Assembly: GCA_964106645.2 (NCBI GenBank)
Contig: OZ067046.1
Length of the DNA stretch: 64,000 bases
Reading direction: 5' to 3' (one strand)
Origin: Podarcis pityusensis
Lineage: Eukaryota
Under the pieces are notes generated by a model. That model was not told the DNA's origin, ran no database searches, and saw only the letters and a program-made list of their open reading frames with translations. The translations under genes and the position numbers were made by a program. Positions 26,154-37,910 of the stretch are shown one piece after another (the first letter of the stretch is position 1; every line of letters begins with the position of its first letter).

Positions 26154-27967
26154 ATGCAATAGGAAACAGCCTAATATAAATTGCTCTCCCACCTCCGTGT
26201 GAGTGACCTGTCAAAAAAAGCTAGACAGAAGCATGTTCACCATTCTACCTCATTTTTCCCCTTAGTGAGCTTCTCTGGGTCTTGTGCTATTTACATTTAG
26301 GTGTTGAGGATGGCCTGTCCACCTCACCCTTGAGCCTCATGTATTTGTTTAGGTGAGTCAGACAAAATCCAGGTGGAGGTATCCTGGGCATTATGATATG
26401 CTGGAGGGGTTGTTGGGGACATCAGGTTGTGCATGCCATTTTCACAAATGGGGTTTGCTTGGCACACATGAAAACAACACTATAATAATTCTTTTCTATC
26501 GAGAAATAACAAGACACCTGTCTGAGCTTGTAAATTGTTGGATTAATAACTTGGCAACCTAACTTATTTTTGATGGGGGTATGTTTATCCACATAGCAAT
26601 GCAGGCCAAGATGACAAAAAAATAATAATAATTCAGGCCTGGATTCAACTAGCCTGCCAGTGGAAGGGCTTCTGCTCGTACAAAGGTGTGTTTCCTCCCT
26701 TTCTTCCTCCATGCCTTCTCCAAATCTGTTCTAGAGAGTCAGGAGAATCCCTAGAACAGAGTGGGCAGAGAGGGGTTATTCCATCTGGTAAGCAAAAATG
26801 TTTGCACTGATGGAACATTCTGAAGAGCACAGCATTGAATCCCTCCCCCAAACCCAGCAACCAGTGAAATCTACCCTATCTACTAGGTGGGCTCCCAGAT
26901 GCTGAACAAAAAAAGTAAAATATGGGATTTGGGGGACGACCCCAAACTTTGGAGGCTGGACACAGGGAAATGCTGACATTCTCTCTTTTGCCTGAGTTCT
27001 CCCTGTTCCATTATCGCTGTGATGTCATGAGATGTCTGTGGCACACTAAACACTCAAGGGAAATTTCACCTTTGATTAACCAGAAATATATGTTTCTGCA
27101 AGTTTCTAATATCTTTAATTTATTCAATGTCTAGTATAGGCTGTGTCTCAACCAATCAGGAATATCTCAGCATACTTTGCAGTGTTGTCACTGTTGCCAT
27201 TTGTCTGTCCCCATCAGGATGGTCACTGTATCTGTCACCCATTTCCCCCTTGCTGCCTTCTCATGTGGCTGCATTCTCTGCTAATGATGTATATAGGCTT
27301 GCATGCATATATGACCAGTCATGCATAAGCCAGCTTTTATAGCACAACTACAGTATTTCCAATTACACATTGATGCATATTGAGTGGCAATGAGCGAGAA
27401 GTGATGGTGGTGTCTTGCAACAATGGAGATGGAAGTAACAGTGAAGCAGATTGAGAAGAGAGGATAACACCGATTTGGATCTTCCATGCAGCAATACAGA
27501 CAATCCTGAGCAGGAAAGAACTATCAGCATTCAGGGCTGTGTTTAAATCCAGCAGGTCGAGTTATATATACAGCATGTATCACTTAAACTGAGTTCAATA
27601 ACAAATTCAAATCCATTATCTATAGACCTCTAAAAGCATTTCATGTTCTCTGCCTTCATCCTCAGACTTTGTTTTCTGACAGAGAAAGAACACTTACATG
27701 GCCCTTTTGTACTGGTTTATTATGGTTTGAAAACAAACACTGCTGGTTCTCTAGAATCCATTCAATGTGTGTCTCTGCGAACAGAGGGCAGATAGGGAGG
27801 TGAAGCAACTGTAGAAGTTTCTTCAACATTAAGCTCCCTGGGAATGGAAGAAAAATAAAATGCTGATGCTCCAAAGCCTTTAGTGAGTCACTGAAGCTTT
27901 GTGGCTGGCCTTGGAGACGTTCAAACATTGAATGACACAGCAACAACAAAAACTGTTGTTGTTGTTG

Positions 27968-28009
<42 letters not shown>

Positions 28010-28117
28010 CCACAGGTTTTGACAGAATTCATCTCTGAAATTATTGGGACTATTTAGACTATTTAGTGTATCCCTGGCTTAAATTATAATCCATGATACT
28101 AATTCAGGAAATTTTGA

Positions 28118-28118
28118 C

Positions 28119-28180
<62 letters not shown>
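28118..28180. repeat. (CT)n(AC)12(AG)8 self-complementary compound microsatellite
   Basis: Seen directly in the sequence. Confidence 0.95.
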
Positions 28181-28181
<1 letters not shown>

Positions 28182-29276
28182 CAAAACAAACAAACAAACA
28201 CTGATGCTAGTGACATTCTTTTTCAACTGATTGCGTAAGAGATATGCTGTTTGATTGAAAGTGTAACAAAGCATAAAAATCATATTCATCTTCACGTGTC
28301 AAGATGAGCCAGACTATAGCTTGCTGGAACCTTAAGAATGTGCAACTTTTTCCATTTGTTTCTTGTTTTCCCCTCCTTTTAAACCCACACCACTTAGAGT
28401 GCTACATGACTCTTTTTGCAGCTTCCCACTGCCCACACTTCTTGGAATGCGTGGGAGTGACACTTACTTACACCGTGTTGCGTTATGTTGCCTCCAAAGC
28501 CTTTCAAGAAATATGGCAGGTGGGAAGCACTTCCAACCTCTCTCCACTGATTCCCATGAGCCACACTTTCTGGCATGACCTCATAAGGTAAGCACCAACC
28601 CCAGAGGTTTCTCCCACCATCCAAAGAAAGAAGCAGAAAATCAGCTTCCATTTTTTAGAGAAGATGGATATTTCTGGGACAGTTGTGGGGACACTTGGAT
28701 AAAACATGCAAAAGGAAAAAGATATGATTGCAGGAATGAGTAGAATGAAGCATTTCCCAAAAGGCCACTAGCTGGTACTATGTTCAGGCCGCCACCTGCA
28801 GATTAGGCAGAGGAGTGAGGCAGCCCTTTTCTAGGACCTAGTGGCAGAAGGTAATTATAGAAACCATGCTACTTAAAACTATAATTAGGGGGATGCAGAG
28901 GATAGCAAATCCATATAATAATAAAGGAACTGAAGGAGAGAGGAATCCTTTCAGTCTCAGTAGCTAGAGTTTGCTTCCTTTTCTAACTATTCTGTGTCTT
29001 CCTGTGTTCATGATCTAACATGCCAATTTGTTGTATTGGGTATCAATTTTTATTTCAATATTTGGCAGTGACCTAGAGAATTACATATTTGTAATTCTTA
29101 GTTGTAAACTACATCTAGCTGAAGTTACGTTTACATCTACTGTATCTCAGAAAAACACAATGAATGGACCCTCCCCTCCCCCGTCCAATTGAAATGTTTT
29201 AAATTCTCGATTTTGTTTAAATAATTTTGCATGGTTGCTATGGAGTATGCACAATGGTTAGGTATGGCATCCTCTG

Positions 29277-29318
<42 letters not shown>

Positions 29319-30234
29319 CTCATATAGATATAGTTCTCAAAGATGGAACAACAGAAGTCAGATCACTGAAAAGAGAGTGACACTCTATAGAAGGAAAATA
29401 ACACTCATAATAACATAGAGTTTAATACCCAGCTATTAACCAATGACGGTTTGTATGGCAATGATATTATAAGTCGCATCTGGGCTACCTGCAGACCACA
29501 TATGATCCATGGCCTATTTCCATGCAGCACACAGGAACACCACCCTCCCCCCAGCTGATTAGCCCTAAAAGTAGCAGGGAAGCAGGGAGGCTGAGTTACC
29601 CAGTTATTCCTAATGCTTATCAGCTGGCCTGCTAGGATGAATGTGAGGGTATTTGTTGGGATACTGTGTCTGCCTTTGTGTGGAGGGGAAAAACTGTGGG
29701 GGGGGGAGAGAGTTGCGAAGGGGAAGAGCACATGCTCTACCTCTGGCCACTGGTAGCTTTGTCTGCCACATGCATGTTTCCCCCAGTCACCACCCACCAT
29801 CACATGTGGTCATCAGAGGCAAAAAACAACAACAAACCACTCATGGTTTGCACTTCCCAAACCAACTTTCAATTTTTACACTTCTTTACATTTTGCACTG
29901 CAGTTTTCCAGCCAAAATGTACACACGAGGATGCACATATTAGTGAAGATAATTTATAAAACTACATTACACCGATGAATTTGTTTGCAAAATTGTCTAT
30001 AAAATTGCAAATATTGGAAAGAGTGGCATTACTTTTCTTTGTCAGGCTTTTTTTTTTTTTTTTTAAAAAAAAAGACCTCATAAATTCATGTAGATGTGGG
30101 ACAAACTGAACTTAAGGTTGGAATCCAATTCCTTGTGCAAGGAATGGGGGAAGGAACCCAACTGTGTGTTCCAACACTATTTAATAATTGACTGTCACTG
30201 TAGAAAAATATGGATAGTGAGTTGTGACTACTGC

Positions 30235-30380
30235 TTATGGCTATAAGGATGAGCTCTGAACTGGAAGTCTGCACTTCAAATCTTAGTTCAGCCATGAAAG
30301 AACTGCTGGGTAGCTTTAGGCAAGCCACTATCCCTCTTCAGGTCTATGCACAATGGAGTACTTTGGGTTGACATGCAGTG
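30235..30380 (+). mobile_element. Degraded MIR/CORE-type SINE
   Basis: TTCAAATCTTAGTTCAGCCATGAA..CTGGGTAGCTTTAGGCAAGCCACT resembles the B box plus CORE region. Confidence 0.5.
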
Positions 30381-31085
30381 CAATAGATCAATAAATAATA
30401 TAGGAATTGTGTGGAAGTGGAATGCTATAGGGGAAGGAGGTAGCAAACAACTGTGCTTCCAGGAGGGAGGAGTAGAATGAAAGTAGCCAAAGGCTCAGTA
30501 CAACTCAAAGCTAGCAACCATGCATTATGAGAAATGCCAAAATGAGCCTAAAGCATATTAAAGATCACTGCAACTGAAAAGTGGGTGTCTAAAGTTGCAT
30601 TTGCTGTGGAGCAAACCAATTAAAATTGCTAATAAAGTGATTCATGTTTTTGAGATGTGAAAAACAATCAAAGAATGGGGGATTGAGGTTTTCTTCTTCT
30701 TCAATGGAACTGTTAATTAATGCATTACCTTTCAATTAAAGAAAACAAAAGCCTGGTATCTCAAATACATTCACAAATAAATCTAAGCAAAGGACAAGAA
30801 TATTTAGTTAAATAACACTGCAAAACATATAAATATGCTAATCAAGGGCTTGGTATTTGAATTGTCCCTTTCATGCATTTGCAATGATTTTAGCATTGTT
30901 CGCTTTCTCTTCCTAAATCCCCAGTTAAGAATCCTTATGTGTGCCTTTATGAGCCCTGGGATGCGTGCTAAGAGGATGGTAATTGTTTCTTGTCTAATTG
31001 GACCAGCAGATGTATGTAGTCTAACATTTTTGCAAAAAATCGCTTTGTTTTATGTAGGCTTATGTGTGAAGCATTTCCCCTATAT

Positions 31086-31326
31086 CACTGTACCTCGGTT
31101 TTCTAACATGATCCATTCTGGAAGACTGTTTGAGTTCTGAAACATTCAAAATCTGAAAACTCAGTAGCCAACAGCTAGGCCTCAGGATCTTGCACTCAGT
31201 AGAAGCCGCATGGCATGTTCGACTTCCGAGGCATGTTAAAAAACCAAAGCATTTCCTTTCAGATTTATGGCATTCGAAAACTGAAATGTTCATTAATAGA
31301 GACGTACGAAAACTGAGGTACCACTG
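31086..31326. mobile_element. Tc1/mariner (Tigger-type) MITE, degraded left TIR
   Basis: The right end is GAAAACTGAGGTACCACTG|TA and the left end is CACTGTACCTCGGTTTTC. Confidence 0.78.
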
Positions 31327-32714
31327 TATATATTGTTATATATACAGTGCTGTGATCCACCCTGGTTTGCTCTGAGGGATGGAGGGGGCTCTGATTGGCC
31401 CTTTCAAATTTATCTTTTGACAGGAAGTCCCACCCCACAGCCTGTCCAGCCAGGGGAAATTCCCAGCAGCTGGCCAAAGAAGTTTGTTTCTGACTGTCAG
31501 GGATGGTGGCAAAAGGTGAGGAGCCACAACTGCTACCTACCCAGGATACACTACCAGTCAAGTCCTTGCTGACCACTGAAAAGCTGCTCCTGGAGGTCAC
31601 GTGACTGTCTGGAATAGCTTGTGATGGAATATGGGGGCGGCAGTGAGATGGAGAAATTGGGAGAATTTGGTGAGGTTGTCCTGCATGAGCAGAAATCCCT
31701 TTCCACTCATGCAAAACATCTATGAATCCAAGCACAGCTATTATCTTCTATTTATATCCATTCAACTGGCAAACTGGCTCTTACATAAATTGGGGAACCA
31801 CCAGACTGGGGCCTGGAGGGAAGCTCTGACCTCAATGCTAGGTAAAGTGGAGGACCAGACATATCAATCTGAATCACTGTGGTCCCTTTTCAGAATTTAT
31901 CTAGCACTCTTAATCTTGGTAGTCTGAAACTAAGCCTGTCCTTGGTTTCTAGTTACAAGCAGCATGCTGGTAGTGGGCAGATGATGCGTTTGCCCTTTTG
32001 CCAGGCATATCAAGATGCTACTTTAGGTGGCTGACCTAGGAAGCCGAATAGCCTTAAGGCTCTTGCTTCTCATACGATTATTTGACATGACATGTTCTTA
32101 AATCAGCCTGGCTGTGAATTTCCTGCAGCCTCTTTCTTGTTTTCCTCTTCACATACTTTCTAACATACATTTCTGCATGCACATGATTACTTATGCTATC
32201 TGCATACCTTTCCTGCATCAAGTATATCACACTCCTCCAGTGATTCTTGCAAAATAGACTGCCGTTTCCTTCTAGCAGCTTTAAATAAAGGCTTGGTAGC
32301 AAGATGATGACCAGTCTCCTCACCATTAAATCAAGCAACACGAACAGGAACATCAGCCAAAAGGGCAAAGAAGTGAGTAAGAACAGCCCATGTTTGCATG
32401 CACACACATCTCTAGTTCATTCTGCAGTCCAAATCTGGACCATATCTCTTTCAACTTAATGCCGTGGCACAGAAGCTTTGCTTGAGATATTAGTTTGTTA
32501 CTTTCATGGGATGCTCTTAATGTTTAGCCTCCTTTCAGAGTGCTCTACAAGCACCTCTGTGACACCTCAGCACTGTATGTGTGTTCTAAAATAAACATAA
32601 ATTAGGAGTGAAATAGTCAATTTAAATATAATTTAGAAGTAACATCTTAACACATGCATAGTTTTCACAGTCAGTCTATCAGCTATCCCATTTCTTGTAT
32701 GGTAAGCTCTAAAC

Positions 32715-33180
32715 CAGGGGTCCTCAAACTACGGCCCATGAGCCGGATCCAGTCTTCCAGGGTCCTTAACCCAGCCCACCTGGCAATTGCCCGGAGGCTG
32801 CAGAGGGAGCAAGCAGTGGGGGGAGGGCGTGCGATCGTTTTGGCTCAGGCAACTCCACGTGGCAATGCAGTCTTGCCACGGAGTTGGGAACTACGTGGGG
32901 CGGGGCTTTCCCGGAAGGGACTGCATGCAGGCAGGCGCTGGAGAAGCCTAAGCCCCTTTCCATCACAGGAAACATTGCAGGCGGACACTATAGCCGTTGC
33001 CATCTCTATTTCTCCTCTGAAAGGGGAAGGAGCAGGAGGCGGGGATGCGCGCATGGCTTCTCGGACTGGGTGCCTCGGAACCTCAGAAGCGGCGGGGTAG
33101 AGGGAGGTGGGAGGCTCCGCGCACTCGCAGGGCGGGGGCAGAGGAAGGCAGAGTCCCTGCTCCCACTGGCCGCTCACTTG
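32715..33180. mobile_element. hAT MITE, left end and GC-rich interior only
   Basis: CAGGGGTCCTCAAACTACGGCCC is preceded by CTCTAAAC, a Charlie-type NTCTARAN target. No right TIR was found. Confidence 0.65.
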
Positions 33181-34050
33181 CCCACTTTCTATTTCCTCTT
33201 CTCTGTGTGGCTTCCTTCCCCCATCTCATTATTGTTATTATTCTTTCCACCCATTTGCTTGCCTCTTTATACCTGGCACTCAGAGTTCTTTTCTCTGCAC
33301 TTTGTTTTATACTACTCTCTCTCTCCTGTTTATTGATAAATTAATTAAATTATTGATAAATTAAATTAAATAAATTTAAGAAAAAAACAAAACAAAAACT
33401 ACATACCGTTTAGAGAGAGTGAAACCACATCCAGAACAGGTAAGCTTCTCAACCTCCAAAATTGAGAACGACTCACCATTGTGGGCATTTGTGAGGATGT
33501 TTTTAAAGTAACAGATTAAAACAGAAATGAGATGGAAGGGACTTATGAATGAGGAATTGCAACAGTGCTGTGAACTGGAAATAGAGTTCATCCACTGCTA
33601 AGCCACATGCACTCTTCCAGAGATGGCATGCCTCACCTGATTTCTTAAGGATCTCTAGCAAGCTATTGCAGCAGCAGCAGCAACAACAGTAGCAACCAAC
33701 ATTCTGGATCCTCTTTGTGCAGTGATCCATAAATGCAATGTTTCTTTTTTAGCAGCGATATAGGGGAAACAGGCAAATGTTCATCTCATTTACCAGAGTA
33801 CGCAGGGTAACTGCAGATCAGGAATCAGAATTACTGTGAATTCACATTGCCACATTCATAGTCAGGATGTATGCCTTTCCTTCTTTTAAGCTGAGCCAAT
33901 TAGCAGGAAATGGGACTGAAATTGTGAGATACATTTTTAATAAATGTATGCTGGGGCATATTACATTTTCCTTGAAAATGTTTTAGATGTACAATTACAT
34001 TTACCACATCTGTGACACAGGAGGAGAGAGGCTTTGCTTTTGAAATGCTT

Positions 34051-34089
<39 letters not shown>

Positions 34090-35120
34090 GTATGTGTATT
34101 CCCAAGGTTATCCCAAACAGTGAGATTAAAAGCACTGCAGAGCAAAAGATGTTTACAGAACCACCGTTTCCATTGCAGGTACTACAATGACACCATTGTC
34201 AACAAAGCAATTGTACACACTCTCAGTGCCTGCCACATGGATCCACTTATCTGGAATGATACTTAAGATGTCAATTATGGAAGCAATATTAGAGTAGCTA
34301 GCCCTCACTAGTTCTCTGGGTATTGTTGCTGCTTTCACTTCTTTGGGAAGAGGACAGGATGACTGATGGCTCAGAATTAATTGCAGTGCACTGACAGATA
34401 AGCATTATATGTACTAATACAGTGCTAGTTGAGATGTCAGCAAAAGAGTGGACTATTCCCTTTTACTCCCTTGTAATTGAGATTCAACTTTTTGTGCCTG
34501 CACTTCTAAATATATTCCTTGCAGTTGTGTGACTAAAGTTGTATTCAGCAAGGGAAAACATGCCCCATTAGTGGAATGCACTTCATTTTCATCTTACAAC
34601 CACTCAGAAATCTGCACAAGCTCCCTACATGCTGGATAATCTATCCATTGCTAGATAGTAAAAGACAAGCTGCAATCCTTCCCTTTACTATTTTTGTTAA
34701 CATTAACGTATTATAACTGAAGATCACAGTAGCACATTCAGTGATGTGCTGCAATCACTTTTGCCACATCTGAAAATTAGCATATTCGTGGGTTGTTTTC
34801 CCCTGACAATTTCATCTGGGATGAAAGATTTTTTGCAAGAAAGGAAGACAAACTCCCAAAAGTATCCACATATTTTCAATATATTATAGTTTATAAATAC
34901 ATAAAGGAAGACGAAAGGAAAGTGAATGATGCCATGAGTTCATGATCGACTTAGGGTTCGGAGTCTGCTAAATTGTGAAAGTTCTAGCCACCTGCTATCG
35001 GCTACCACTTCTCAAGCCTCTAATACAAGAAGCACTGTCATATTTAGGGATGGGTTCAAGTGTCTGAATTGCAGTTGCATAGGTAGAGAAAATCCAGTTC
35101 CAGAGTCATGATATGGGTCA

Positions 35121-35889
35121 TTTCATGCCAATAAGCACAAGGTGTCTTTGCCCAGCGGTGCTGAGGCCCATAGATTGCAGCAAAATACTGGACAAGGTTT
35201 TGACCAGCATCTTGCCCATGCAATAGCCTCATGGGGAAAAACTGTCCCATCAGCTCTTGCAAGTAAGGGAGGAAAGTTTATATAAGGCTTCTTACCCTGA
35301 AGGTCTTGGGTTATTTTTAGCTTCCTGCCCACTCACCCTGGGGTTAGAGCCTTCACTGAGTACTTTTGGGTTGCTGGCTGACAGGGCCTTAACGGAATTT
35401 GTTTTCTCCCAACCTGGATAATTTACCCCCATCTTTCCCTCAGTGAAATTATGCCCCCCTTTTGTTAGGTGGAAGAATGTTTGTATAAGGGTGGAGATGG
35501 CATTGGGCAGGATCAACATAGTATAGTGTCCCACCCACCCACCGTCCCGCCATAAGGGGTCTGAGGGGAGGGTTGACCACAGCACTCTCAAGCTTGGGTT
35601 GGAGTATCTGCTTGGTTGAAATCTGCACCCTGGTCACCCAGTGAGACCTTGCTTGTATGGCTTGCACCACAGCAAGGTTCAACACTGGCCGACTCTGATG
35701 GAAACGGGCTTTGGGTGGTCCAAACCCTGTGCACCCATTCCATCAACATGGGATTTGTGGATTGATGAACTGATCCTGGCCCCAATGCCATGCTAACCCT
35801 TACCCTGTCAATGAATATTTGGCTTGATTTTATCCCATCACCATTGTACAGTCTGGTTCTTTGCTGCTCTCGTGGGTCACATAATGCAC
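35121..35889 (+). mobile_element. LTR-like element (family C), uninterrupted copy
   Basis: Homologous throughout to 6686-7692 (CCATAGATTGCAGCAAA, TATATAAGGCT, CCCAGTGAGACCTTGCTTG, GCAAGGTTCAACACTGGC, TCCATCAACATGGG, TGATGAACTGATCCTGG). Confidence 0.7.
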
Positions 35890-35923
35890 CTGCTTGGGCA
35901 ATCAAGAAGTTAAAGCAGATTTA

Positions 35924-36202
35924 GGGCTTATCCACACTTACCTTTTGAACCACTCTTTCCCAGCACTGACCCACACTTTAAGCTCTGTTTCTGAGTACTT
36001 CCCCCCCCCCTTTTATTCACCCTCTGGAGCTTTCCCCATTGGAAACCTACTCTTTAAAGCTGAAGCTCGACAAACAGCAGATTGCCATTTGCTCCTATTC
36101 AGCTTTAAAGAGCAGGTTTTTGCAGGCAATGCTCTGGAAGATGCTCAGAACTGGAGATTTAAAGGACAGACCATGCCAGGAAAGGTAAGTGTGGATAAGC
36201 CC
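35924..36202. mobile_element. PIF/Harbinger MITE
   Basis: Perfect 22-bp TIRs GGGCTTATCCACACTTACCTTT and AAAGGTAAGTGTGGATAAGCCC, with a 3-bp TTA TSD. Confidence 0.93.
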
Positions 36203-37457
36203 TTATTTAAAAAAAGCAAAATGTGCATGCATTTTAAAAGTAAAATGAGATAAAGGTCAAAAGAACTGCAATGCAAGCTTCTTGCTACCTATTTCTGCTT
36301 TCCCCACAGACACCTCCTTTGGTGCTTATGAGCTCCCTGCCTCTCAGATTATCTTTATAGTTTTTATTTTTTTTAATCTGATAGGTAGGCATCCTGCAAC
36401 ACAAAGTGCTGGTCTCCAGCCATCTGCCATTTTAATTTACCCAGAATGTCTCTAGTCCCCACACATTATGGGTTTTATAGTTATGAGGCTGCTAAATCAG
36501 GGGCCTATTTGATAAATAGAAACTTTAGGTTTGCAGAATTGCTTCATTTACTGGACACTATTAGAGAAATATTACATCACAGTTAGCTTCATTTCCCCAC
36601 TACCACCAATAACAACACTGAATTATTTAGTCTTTTTTTTTTTTTTTTACTTATGCTTCCTACCAAAAACAGTTCTTTGAAGCATCCTATTAATTCTCGG
36701 GTAGTAAAATTAAGGATGCATGTAAGTGTTTGCCTCAGAACTAGATCTTAACAACTGATTCAGTTTTCTTTCCACTGTCCACTGTTTCATCTTGTAAATG
36801 AGAGCCAAAAGGCTGGAGCATTATAGTGTATTTTATTTTCTACTCCCTCTCCTCAGTTGGCTCTAATGCCTGGTGGCTTTCCAATTCTACAATATTCTAT
36901 GATCTGTGAATATATTCCATTTAGTTGTCATCTTGTTCAAAAGGAACTTGCTATGTGTGATGAATTCATGGAATATAACTGAGTACTCCAGTTATTTGTA
37001 GCTAAAGGAAGCATGCTGCTAGCCTGATAATGATGTTGTTATTGTTGTTATTTATATACCACCCTGAGATCCAAAGATCTCAGAGCGGTTCACAAATGTG
37101 TTGATGCAAGTGGTATATGATTTTTGAGATGTCAGACAGAACAACACTCCATCTAGCCTGTGGCTTTCCAGGGGCAGGTCCTTCCTAGCCTTACTCAATG
37201 AACTTTGTTGAAAACCTGTTTCAACCCATGGACCACAATCTATCATGGGCAATATTTGGGGAGCTACATGCCATTGGTTAGAGGCAAAAAGTAGGTGGAG
37301 CAATAGTTATGACTATATTTAACAGTAGGTTAACTTCCATTCATGGGAATGCCAGGTGTCTCTAAACTCACCACCACCCACATATCTTTTCATCATTTGA
37401 CCCTCAGGAGACTCCAGTGTTTCTAGTACCAGCCCAAAAGAACTTTGCACACACTAT

Positions 37458-37910
37458 TAAGTTGCTGGCATCCATCTGTCTTGAGAGACAATGGAGTGCA
37501 CTTCCGGGGATGAAGTCAAAGTGCTGTATTAGAAGCACCAAAGTGACCACACCAGGGTGCAAGCTTGGGCAGTGTGTGTGGAGGTCCTGGGCTGCCCTCA
37601 CTAATGTGGTCCAAAGAAAAGCAGAGCAATGTGTTTGGCACCAACTTGACTGAAGGAGTTACCAGAAGGAGACATACAAGGCAGCTTCCAACCATCTTAG
37701 GAATCCCACTCCAGATTTTGTAGGGTTTACTCCTTTGTCTTTTCTTTTCCCAAAAATATCCTACAATGCAGCAAAGGTTTAGAATCAGAGGTTTCATTCT
37801 CCTAGATGGGCTACCTTCCCATGTTGACAGGCCCCATCTGCCTCTCATTTCCCTCTACAGCATGTGCAAAAACCACCTTCTTGACTGTTGGACCCACTGT
37901 TAGTGCATCC
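37458..37910 (-). mobile_element. RTE-derived non-autonomous element (RTE-like 3' end plus 5'UTR-like part), 5'-truncated
   Basis: The minus-strand end GCACTCCATTGTCTCTCAAGACAGATGGATGCCAGCAAC resembles RTE 3' termini. 37690-37900 is homologous to 44545-44810. Confidence 0.6.
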
